Positions 18,092 through 25,742 of a stretch of DNA of 25,837 bases are shown piece after piece. The position numbers and the translations under genes were made by a program. Source of the stretch: a virus (Duplodnaviria > Caudoviricetes); the IMG/VR virus record IMGVR_UViG_3300016665_000172, positions 1 to 25,837 of that record; one strand, written 5' to 3'. Position 1 is the first letter of the stretch. Each line of letters starts with the position of its first letter. A model generated the notes under the pieces. It ran no database searches, was not told the DNA's origin, and saw nothing but the letters and a program-made list of their open reading frames with translations.

Positions 18092-20281
18092 TTACTTATT
18101 GCCAGTCTGCTGTTGGTCTTGCGGAAAAATATTTTGTTCAATACTTTTCTTTGAAATCTCCACCATAGACTTTGCCGCGTCGTTCTCTTGCAAGAGACGA
18201 CTTCTCTCGCGCATCTTAGTGATATCGGCTTCTAGTTTTGCTCCCTGTTGTGCCTGTATCTTGCTGATGTCGAGTTGTGTACGCATCTGTTCGGCTTCTG
18301 GGTCGAATTCAGATGGTTGAGGTTGTGCTTGCATCTGCGCTTGTTGCATTGCAAAGGCTTGCATTTGCTGGACCTTTTCATCCTGTATCTGCAAGTGTTC
18401 CATAATCATGCTTGTCTCTGGGAGTTTGAGCATCTTAATAACAAGCATATTGGTAGTTGGGTCTGCCGGGTCACCAAACAATCCCATCTGACGGAACGCC
18501 ATCAGTTTCTGGAGTTTCTGGTCTGGGCTGTCTTCCTGCGCCGAACCCGGGACATATTCAATGCGATATTGCCCACCATTGCGGATATGGTCGAACGTAA
18601 TAACGCCACTTCGCAACTCGTCTGCGGGAGACTTTCGTTCTTCCATTTGTCCGACAAATGGGGCAACCCCAAACTGTGCGGTAAGGGCAACTTCCCATTC
18701 CTTAATTTTGGCATTACTAATCTCAATATCTGCCCGGATGTAGGAATGTTGGGTGTTGTCCGCACGTTGTAGTAAACGCACCGATTCTGCCGGTGTACCG
18801 GCTTGTGCCATGCCCTGCGACACGTCATGCAAGCCAGCGATATCCATCATGTCTTTTTCAAGCATCTGTAGCATTGGGTACAAATCCTGCCCAATACCCG
18901 GTGCGCGAGCAATAACAGGCGGCTGTGATGCTTGGTTGTAATAGATTTTGCGATAGATGCGTGTTGCATCATCTACATCATCGGACTGGTTATTAAATGC
19001 ATCTGCCCCAATGCCAGACAGCTTCTGAATCATCACATAGTCTTTTTGATTCTCAAACTGCTCCTGCATCCGGGAATAGATGCGGTTGTATGTCTGTTGC
19101 AACGGACACAGGTCAAAGCCTAGCGAGTATCCGTAGGTTGTTCCTGAACGCGGTTGCCATCTAAGCGGGATGAAAGGGAATTCATCTCTTTTCTCATACA
19201 GCCAATCTCCTGCATATAAGAGGCAGGTATTTGTACTGACGATGTATCGCCCTTCCGGGTACTGCTCGTTCGGCTTCTCCCAGTATTCGTATACGATAGC
19301 GGCTCTCCGTCGGCTTTCGATTTGACCAAGGCGAGCAGTGCTTGCTGGAACCCAACCATTACCGCTACCGTTTCCACCCTCAAGATACGCATCAACATAT
19401 GAACCATTTGCTCCGCTGATAGCATCAGCCGTTACACGCTTTCCATTCTCGCCATAGTTATCTACAAACCACGACAGTGGGCGCACGGACGCATGAATCA
19501 TGTACCTAATGTCTTCATCACGCTTTGCGGTAGGGTCTACGAATACATCAAAGGCTGGAAGAATTTCTTCACGTACATCACCGATAGCCATCTGCTGATA
19601 GCCGTCAATTTCACCTGTCATAGGATTAAAGAACGGCACAGTTTGCACACCCTTAGCATCCCAATAGACTTTTAAATAGGACGTTCCACAGACGCACGCC
19701 CAGCGCACACGTTCTTTTAACTGTGTCTCGCGTTTGAACTTACGATTGAAGTGATTGCAGATGATGTTTGCTTCATCAGATGCATCCCTATCTGTTTGTG
19801 AATCTGACAACGGAATAGCGTATGCGTCAGGGCTTACCTGCGTTAACTTACCTACAACACCGTCAATCAGAGGGCGCATTTTCTGAACAGTTATGTATCG
19901 TGTTAGTTCTGATGGATTCTGCAAGGATATTAGGTTACGTGTCTGGCTTGCAATACGCATCCATTGTCGCCCCTCAAAGAACGCCGTAGCCAAAGCCCAC
20001 TCAAGTTCCATTTCCTGTCGTGCGCGATATGCCGCCTCAAATGCACCTTTAACGAAAGCAACAATCTTACGTTGCTCTTCATCCTCCATTTTTGGAGTCT
20101 TTTTCCAGTCTTGTGCATTATGGTCAAGCGATAGGTCATCATCTTTTACAAGACGATAATCCCCATCTGGAAATGAACCCGGTGTTCCATCTTTTGGTGG
20201 AGCCTTAAGTGCCGTCATTCGTGCAGATGCGGTCGGACGCATCCTATTTGCTAGTTCGCCTAGTAGATTCCCTATAGACAT
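18092..20281 (-). CDS. Portal protein (729 aa)
   Basis: AFFEGRQW, QKMRPLIDGVVGKL, FDVFVDP, FPFIP, LCPLQQTYNR and IAGLHDVSQG motifs plus a Gln/Met-rich C-terminal helix. Follows the terminase. Confidence 0.9.
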   Translation of the reverse strand: MSIGNLLGELANRMRPTASARMTALKAPPKDGTPGSFPDGDYRLVKDDDLSLDHNAQDWKKTPKMEDEEQRKIVAFVKGAFEAAYRARQEMELEWALATAFFEGRQWMRIASQTRNLISLQNPSELTRYITVQKMRPLIDGVVGKLTQVSPDAYAIPLSDSQTDRDASDEANIICNHFNRKFKRETQLKERVRWACVCGTSYLKVYWDAKGVQTVPFFNPMTGEIDGYQQMAIGDVREEILPAFDVFVDPTAKRDEDIRYMIHASVRPLSWFVDNYGENGKRVTADAISGANGSYVDAYLEGGNGSGNGWVPASTARLGQIESRRRAAIVYEYWEKPNEQYPEGRYIVSTNTCLLYAGDWLYEKRDEFPFIPLRWQPRSGTTYGYSLGFDLCPLQQTYNRIYSRMQEQFENQKDYVMIQKLSGIGADAFNNQSDDVDDATRIYRKIYYNQASQPPVIARAPGIGQDLYPMLQMLEKDMMDIAGLHDVSQGMAQAGTPAESVRLLQRADNTQHSYIRADIEISNAKIKEWEVALTAQFGVAPFVGQMEERKSPADELRSGVITFDHIRNGGQYRIEYVPGSAQEDSPDQKLQKLMAFRQMGLFGDPADPTTNMLVIKMLKLPETSMIMEHLQIQDEKVQQMQAFAMQQAQMQAQPQPSEFDPEAEQMRTQLDISKIQAQQGAKLEADITKMRERSRLLQENDAAKSMVEISKKSIEQNIFPQDQQQTGNK

Positions 20282-20424
20282 TAGATGTAATCCTTCCGCT
20301 GTTGCTTGCGTTCGCGCTTACGTCCTGTAACTAAACGCAGTTCTTGTAAGTTACTGACAAGAATCCACGTCTGAATGCAGTTTACAATCAACGTAATCAA
20401 CAGCAACCAATTGATAAGCGTCAT
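20281..20424 (-). CDS. Small single-pass membrane peptide (47 aa; absent from the ORF track)
   Basis: MTLINWLLLITLIVNCIQTWILVSNLQELRLVTGRKRERKQQRKDYI. It fills the gap exactly, with an ATGA overlap to terL and a TAATG overlap to portal. Confidence 0.8.
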   Translation of the reverse strand: MTLINWLLLITLIVNCIQTWILVSNLQELRLVTGRKRERKQQRKDYI

Positions 20425-22154
20425 AACCAATCTCGCTTCCTATTCTCGTTTAGCCATGACGGCGGTTGAACGCGTTTCTGTTCTGTCTCTGGGCAAGCAA
20501 CCGGATATTCACGCCACATCAATCCATACCTAAAAGAGTCAATAGCGTGGTCGTTTTTTGTGCCACGGTCAAGTTCCTCTGGGTCACGTGGGTCTGCCAT
20601 TGCCTTACTAAGTTCTTTAATAAGATTCGGGCAGTTGCGGGTGATTCGTAGTTTAGGTTGTGGTTTACCATCAACTATCTGTGTCTTAGTGAGCCATTCC
20701 TGCACACGTCGCCATCCTGCTTTCCGGTCTTTAACAGCACGTACAGCAGGTAGCCCCCGTTCCCACCATACTTCGACGGGATACTCACCAATGCGTTGTG
20801 CAATGTTTTCTGGCGGGAATGTATTAGCCCAGTCAAAGGCAATTGCCTCTAACCGCGTATTCCACTTGCCATCAGGAAATCTTCGGTCAACCGGGTCCGC
20901 CATCCCACGACTCTTAAGCAAGTCAAGCGCAAGTTGCGCCTGTGATGATGAAACGTGTCCCTTTTCGTATATCTCGCCTACAACATAGATATTCTCTTTA
21001 TCATCTGACGCATATAGAAGGAAAGCACAAGGCGCACCTGTACCAAAGTCATGTGATGCCCAGACGCGCCACCACGGTTGTATATGGATATTGTCAATAA
21101 CGTGCCACGGCTCACCCTCTGGACCATATTCTCTAAAGTCAGGGAAGAATAATCCACCTACGCCGACTTCATGCTGACATTCGCGTAGGAACGAGATTAA
21201 TCCGTAGTCGTCGATTTCTCTTTGACATATGTCAAGCGACTTGTGGCTCCACGTAGGAGTGCCACCAGTAATACGATAGCCAACACGTCCATCATCTTTT
21301 TCTTCCGTCGTGTATGTAAGATTCTGTATCGCCGGGACGATAGGAGATTGTTGCCTATTCTGCAACATATCGACCTCACCGCTTAGAACCTTAGACATCA
21401 CACTGTTTGCGTGAATCCGGTTCTGAACAAATACGATTGCACAATCAGTGCTTTTAGCGGGAAGAATCGTCTGTGTAATCGTTGCTATTTTTTTATCTAC
21501 TCGCCCAACACTATCATCAAGTTCGTCGATGTCGTCAAAGATGATGAAGTCTGGACGTAAGTAATCTAACTTAACACCACGTGCGCCAGTATCAAGCCCA
21601 AAGGCAAGCACATTAAATCCATTAGCCGTACGCAACTTACTAGCATTCCAGCCTCGGCTGAAACCATACTTATTGACAGCGCGTTCAATTCCACACCTTT
21701 CCATGGTTGATGCAATGTCTTGTACGTGACGGTTAGCCGCTTCCTGTGTAGCACAAACATATAGCAAGAATCGACGTGTAGCCCTGACGGCTATACGGCT
21801 TGCTATAAGTTCCATCGTCGTACTTTTGCCACCACCACGGAACCAACATTCAATCAATGCAGGTGGTGGGGCATTCTGCTTGATACTGTCTGCCCATTCC
21901 CACGCACGAATGTGATGGTCGCCTAGCGGTGAAGATGCGGCGTGTGGAGCAAATGCACGCAACCAATGCTTGTAATCGTATTCTGCTCCATCAATAGGGA
22001 ATGCACTTCCGCTATCAAAGTCACCGACTTGAATAGTCTGGTCAAGGTCGTCTAGTGCGGCTTCAAGTAGAGCAACCGTAAGGTCCTTATCTGGACGGAC
22101 GTACTTCTTAAACGCCTTTGGTACTAGACGTGTATTGACACTAGGCTTCTTCAT
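20421..22154 (-). CDS. terL: Terminase large subunit (577 aa)
   Basis: Walker A FRGGGKST, Walker B FIIFDDID, and RNase H-like nuclease motifs ASHDFG and NDHAIDSFRY. Confidence 0.95.
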   Translation of the reverse strand: MKKPSVNTRLVPKAFKKYVRPDKDLTVALLEAALDDLDQTIQVGDFDSGSAFPIDGAEYDYKHWLRAFAPHAASSPLGDHHIRAWEWADSIKQNAPPPALIECWFRGGGKSTTMELIASRIAVRATRRFLLYVCATQEAANRHVQDIASTMERCGIERAVNKYGFSRGWNASKLRTANGFNVLAFGLDTGARGVKLDYLRPDFIIFDDIDELDDSVGRVDKKIATITQTILPAKSTDCAIVFVQNRIHANSVMSKVLSGEVDMLQNRQQSPIVPAIQNLTYTTEEKDDGRVGYRITGGTPTWSHKSLDICQREIDDYGLISFLRECQHEVGVGGLFFPDFREYGPEGEPWHVIDNIHIQPWWRVWASHDFGTGAPCAFLLYASDDKENIYVVGEIYEKGHVSSSQAQLALDLLKSRGMADPVDRRFPDGKWNTRLEAIAFDWANTFPPENIAQRIGEYPVEVWWERGLPAVRAVKDRKAGWRRVQEWLTKTQIVDGKPQPKLRITRNCPNLIKELSKAMADPRDPEELDRGTKNDHAIDSFRYGLMWREYPVACPETEQKRVQPPSWLNENRKRDWL

Positions 22155-22896
22155 CTACAACCTCTGCATCAATAATGTTGTCATCGGATTCCGTTTTATA
22201 CGTTTTAAGTATCTTGCCGAATCCAAGTTTGATTGCCTGAACCTCATCAACATTACGGACGTTACTTTTTATAACGCCTAGTATCTGATTGATAAGGCTA
22301 TATGCTTGGTCTACCTCAAGGGTGTATGCCTTTGCATGAACCATACGTTGTTCGGCTTCAACTATATCTACACGCCGTCCAATCAAGTCAAGGACTTCAT
22401 CCGTCGCCTTAACGGCATTTGCACCAGATGTAAGCATCTCGCCTAGCGTTTTAAACTGGTTTTGAAACTCAGGTATGTCACCCGCTTTGTATGCACGTGC
22501 CGCAGATAAATATGTTTCACGCAGGTCTTTAAGTAGTTGTGCGCTTACGCCTTCAGCGGCGGCTTCAGCGCGTTGGTCAATAATCGCGGTTATATATGCC
22601 GCATCATCTTTAAGGCTGAAGAGTTCAGGGTCTTCACGTAGTTCATTAATGCGCTCGAGCATCTGTTGCCCGATAGTGCTAAACCGTTTACGTGACGTTG
22701 AATACAATCCATGAGAAAACTGTGCAGTTTCATGTGCTATCGGATTCTTACCACCATGATAAGCACAGTAGTTACGTCCAGATATTGCCGCATGATTGCA
22801 TTGCCGTCCCTCTAGTTTGGCATTGCACAACTTAACCATAGCACCATTGCTAAGGCTTCTATATCTTAGTCCGTCATCCTTAACCGTGACGCTCAT
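22141..22896 (-). CDS. Probable terminase small subunit with HGGxSTG-type Cys3His domain (251 aa)
   Basis: CNAK...QC...YCAYHGG...HGLYS, a helical body and C-terminal IIDAEVV. Overlaps the terL start. Confidence 0.75.
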   Translation of the reverse strand: MSVTVKDDGLRYRSLSNGAMVKLCNAKLEGRQCNHAAISGRNYCAYHGGKNPIAHETAQFSHGLYSTSRKRFSTIGQQMLERINELREDPELFSLKDDAAYITAIIDQRAEAAAEGVSAQLLKDLRETYLSAARAYKAGDIPEFQNQFKTLGEMLTSGANAVKATDEVLDLIGRRVDIVEAEQRMVHAKAYTLEVDQAYSLINQILGVIKSNVRNVDEVQAIKLGFGKILKTYKTESDDNIIDAEVVDEEA

Positions 22897-23090
22897 TCAT
22901 CATCCTGTGATTGCAGATTAGATGTGTCCCACATTGATTGGCGCATTGCCGGGTTCATAAGATTACCTACACGGTAAGGACTATTCATGCCCTTTAGCAT
23001 ATTGTTAGCCGTCTTAATTTCACCCATACGCCGAAAAGGAATAACCTGCGGTGGTGTTACCGCAGGTTCAGAAACAGTGTTTTTAGCCAT
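22893..23090 (-). CDS. Hypothetical protein (65 aa)
   Basis: GGAGAG SD and ATGA overlap with the small terminase. Confidence 0.7.
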   Translation of the reverse strand: MAKNTVSEPAVTPPQVIPFRRMGEIKTANNMLKGMNSPYRVGNLMNPAMRQSMWDTSNLQSQDDE

Positions 23091-23099
23091 ACGGCTCTC

Positions 23100-24131
23100 C
23101 TATGCTTTACCCTTAAAGATGGTCTGTTCATTCATCCACTGAGCAAAAGCCTGACGTACACGCTGTTGCTCGTCGCCGTCCAACTTTTTAAAGTTGTCTG
23201 AACCACGGAGCAATCTATCGTATTCCGCTCTTGATTTCAGCCCACCCTTGTCGGGACTTAGGCTACGTTGCACAAGTGATACTGCTGTTCCAAGTGCATC
23301 CCATCCTGCACTTTGCTTATTCTTACGGAAGTAACTCAGTGCCTCACCACTAGGTTCGGCTTGTGCTACAGGTGCAGACTTGCTAGACTCACCGCCTTTA
23401 CTTGATTGTGAACTAGCAGGAGAACTTGCTTGTGCGTTAGGGGGTGACTTCTTTGACTGAGTAGGCTTTGTTTCTGCTGATGGTGATGGCTTGCTAGATG
23501 ATTGTGACTGACGCGCTTTGTCGGATGCACCTTCACCACGTATCGCCGCGTCAAATCCGGTTACATCTGGATTAGTTTGCCGCGGTGGAGCAGTAACCAT
23601 ATCCGATTCCATCTTATTTGAAATAAACTTGTCACTACTTTTAGAAGATGATTTGCTTTTCGATGATTTACTATCTACAGTGCGTACCTCGGTAGAGCCA
23701 TCAGCATTGCGAAATGTTCGCTGTGTTGGTGAAGTCCACCATAGACCCACTTCGTCATGTGGCTTGCCACCAAGTGCTGTTCGTCCATATGTACCGTAAT
23801 TATTAATGGAAGCACTTCTTGGACCTGTTGCAAACCAATCTCCTGATGGGACATTCGCTTCTAGAGAACTATAATAGGGGTCTGTCTTTGACAATAGCCT
23901 TGGCGGTAGTCGTACATCTCTCATAGTCGCATCAAAGCCTGATGGTGAAGCCACGGACGATGGACTATTAGAACCACCTAGCGCAGTTTGCCCAAACTGG
24001 TTTGTTAGGTTAGGTGCAGACTGTCCACCGAGTGCAGTTTGCCCAAAAGCGTCGGTAGGAATGGCTCCACGCCCAGCAAGGTTAGCAAGTACCGCACGTA
24101 GAATTTGTAATCTGTCTGTTTGTGGAGGCAC
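23100..24131 (-). CDS. Largely disordered Ser/Lys/Pro/Gln-rich protein with three (F/Y)GxTALGG repeats (343 aa)
   Basis: GTG start, long low-complexity middle and helical C-terminal ~75 aa. Fills the gap between its neighbours. Confidence 0.8.
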   Translation of the reverse strand: MPPQTDRLQILRAVLANLAGRGAIPTDAFGQTALGGQSAPNLTNQFGQTALGGSNSPSSVASPSGFDATMRDVRLPPRLLSKTDPYYSSLEANVPSGDWFATGPRSASINNYGTYGRTALGGKPHDEVGLWWTSPTQRTFRNADGSTEVRTVDSKSSKSKSSSKSSDKFISNKMESDMVTAPPRQTNPDVTGFDAAIRGEGASDKARQSQSSSKPSPSAETKPTQSKKSPPNAQASSPASSQSSKGGESSKSAPVAQAEPSGEALSYFRKNKQSAGWDALGTAVSLVQRSLSPDKGGLKSRAEYDRLLRGSDNFKKLDGDEQQRVRQAFAQWMNEQTIFKGKA

Positions 24132-24138
24132 ATCTAAC

Positions 24139-24303
24139 CTACTTCTTTTTCATAAACGCTGGCATCTTCTTGCCCTTGGCTTTTGCCTTCATTTTCATCT
24201 CGTCCATAGATGGTTTCTTTTCGACACCCATCATCTCAGACATAGACATCTTCTTCTTCTGCATAGCCATATCACCCTTCGGGTAAGGCATTCCCATTGG
24301 CAT
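24139..24303 (-). CDS. Met/Lys-rich microprotein (54 aa; absent from the ORF track)
   Basis: MPMGMPYPKGDMAMQKKKMSMSEMMGVEKKPSMDEMKMKAKAKGKKMPAFMKKK. AAGGA SD upstream, and it fills the gap between neighbours. Confidence 0.8.
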   Translation of the reverse strand: MPMGMPYPKGDMAMQKKKMSMSEMMGVEKKPSMDEMKMKAKAKGKKMPAFMKKK

Positions 24304-24305
24304 AA

Positions 24306-24875
24306 TTATTTTCCTTTCTTTCCAACACCCATCATCATAGACATTTTTGACTGCCCCGGATATGAGGCTTTTGACGAATACGGATTGCTTGCAAACGATG
24401 GTCCACCAGAATTGCCAGAATACTTAGTACGTTTAAAACCCGTTGCCTCATCTGCCGCATACAATGCCGCCGCACCTTCAGCAATTGGTCCAAGTGCCGC
24501 CGCTTTTGCCATTAGTCCACTACCGCTAGTTTTTGGGCTACCAGAATCACGACGTGACGCAAGTCTTTCTCGCGCTACGCGAGCATTGGTAGCATCACGT
24601 CTTGCTACAGTATCGGAAGCACTTCTTGACGCTCTTGCATCTGCATCAACAGCACTTTGCGCTCGTTTTAATGCCGCTTCTGCTCTCCCAACAGAAGATG
24701 GGTCGCGTTGTGCCGCAGGTACGGATTTTGCTTTCATTAAATCGTTATAGGCTTTATCTTTTGCTTTTTGCTCTGCCATATTAAGAACTTGGCGACTTTT
24801 GCGCGTGTCCGTTCCGTCTCCCAGCATTTCAAACACACCCGCTTTTTTACGAGTAATAAACTTGTCTTGCGGCAT
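24306..24875 (-). CDS. Basic Ala/Arg/Lys-rich hypothetical protein (189 aa; start reassigned to MPQDK)
   Basis: ATG 24875 lies 1 nt after the upstream stop with an AAGGAAG SD. C-terminus is SYPGQSKMSMMMGVGKKGK. Confidence 0.8.
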   Translation of the reverse strand: MPQDKFITRKKAGVFEMLGDGTDTRKSRQVLNMAEQKAKDKAYNDLMKAKSVPAAQRDPSSVGRAEAALKRAQSAVDADARASRSASDTVARRDATNARVARERLASRRDSGSPKTSGSGLMAKAAALGPIAEGAAALYAADEATGFKRTKYSGNSGGPSFASNPYSSKASYPGQSKMSMMMGVGKKGK

Positions 24876-24876
24876 T

Positions 24877-25047
24877 TTATTTCTTCCTTTTCTTGGCGGC
24901 TTGTGCGGCTTCCGACATACCAATCGCTATCGCCTGTTTACGGTTGGTAACCTTATTGCCAGAAGACGACTTCAGAGTTCCTACTTTGAACTCATGCATT
25001 ACCTTTTGCATCTTGCCTTGCTTGATGCCCATCAACTTACTTAGCAC
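24877..25047 (-). CDS. DUF6496-like small basic protein (56 aa; GTG start at 25047)
   Basis: KVMHEFKVGTLKSSSGNKVTNRKQAIAIGMSEA matches the recalled DUF6496 consensus. GGGAG SD precedes the GTG. Confidence 0.8.
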   Translation of the reverse strand: MLSKLMGIKQGKMQKVMHEFKVGTLKSSSGNKVTNRKQAIAIGMSEAAQAAKKRKK

Positions 25048-25342
25048 GTTTGTACTCCCGTGTAGCCGCACGACGATTGCGTGACGTGCCTTCGATTACG
25101 AGGTCATCCATGCCATCGTATTCTGGCTCGTATTCGTTCTTATCGTCTTCGGCGTGTTCTTTAGCCTCTGCACGTTTGACCTGAGCAAGCGTTGGCTGTT
25201 TCTTAAGTTGATGCTCTTGCATTTCCATTCGCAACAATTGCCCAACCGTTGGTGTACGTTTAAGACCATGCTCTTGTTTTTCAATAGCAAGAAGGTCACG
25301 GCTTTCAAGCGCATTAATGTGCTTGTTCATTCGTCCCATCAT
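25037..25342 (-). CDS. Hypothetical protein with three 19-aa ExxEH repeats (101 aa; start reassigned to MMGRM)
   Basis: AAGGA SD precedes ATG 25342. Repeats LLAIEKQEHGLKRTPTVGQ / LLRMEMQEHQLKKQPTLAQ / VKRAEAKEH. Confidence 0.8.
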   Translation of the reverse strand: MMGRMNKHINALESRDLLAIEKQEHGLKRTPTVGQLLRMEMQEHQLKKQPTLAQVKRAEAKEHAEDDKNEYEPEYDGMDDLVIEGTSRNRRAATREYKRAK

Positions 25343-25346
25343 AGGT

Positions 25347-25730
25347 TTATTTCCTTTTTGGGTTTTTGACATCCATCAGTTTTGACATAGTGGATTGTCC
25401 AGCATACGACGGTTTCTTACGAGCCGTTTTAGCCATCCAGTCAGCATTACGTTTTTCTATAGAGTCCCTTGTGGTTCGGAGTTTATCCATAACCGGTTCT
25501 AAACCACCAAGGTTAGGACGGTCATATCCTTCCTTACGGGCTTGCTTATCGGCTTTAGCGTACGCATCTTGTCCTCCGAGTGGACTAAAATATTCGTTAG
25601 CCACGGCTTTACCCGTATTGTCTGCATCATCCATTGCCTCGCGGTACGAATTGTATTTTGTTATAGAGCCGTTTGGGTGTACAATTTTAATTGGGTTTTT
25701 CTTTAACCCTTGTGGATATCGTTCGGGCAT
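25347..25730 (-). CDS. Basic hypothetical protein (127 aa)
   Basis: AGGT SD upstream. C-terminus is SYAGQSTMSKLMDVKNPKRK. Confidence 0.8.
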   Translation of the reverse strand: MPERYPQGLKKNPIKIVHPNGSITKYNSYREAMDDADNTGKAVANEYFSPLGGQDAYAKADKQARKEGYDRPNLGGLEPVMDKLRTTRDSIEKRNADWMAKTARKKPSYAGQSTMSKLMDVKNPKRK

Positions 25731-25742
25731 TACTTACCTACC

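Noticed and set aside
20281-20445. Similar C-termini of TerL (RKRDWL) and the micropeptide (RKDYI)
   Set aside because: Probably imposed by the embedded purine-rich SD sequence for the overlapping downstream start, not a protein motif.
24061-24750. 229-aa plus-strand ORF with a His-rich stretch
   Set aside because: The His/Leu/Phe run is the reverse complement of the ATG/AAG-rich Met/Lys microprotein. The minus-strand genes tile the region with SD sites.
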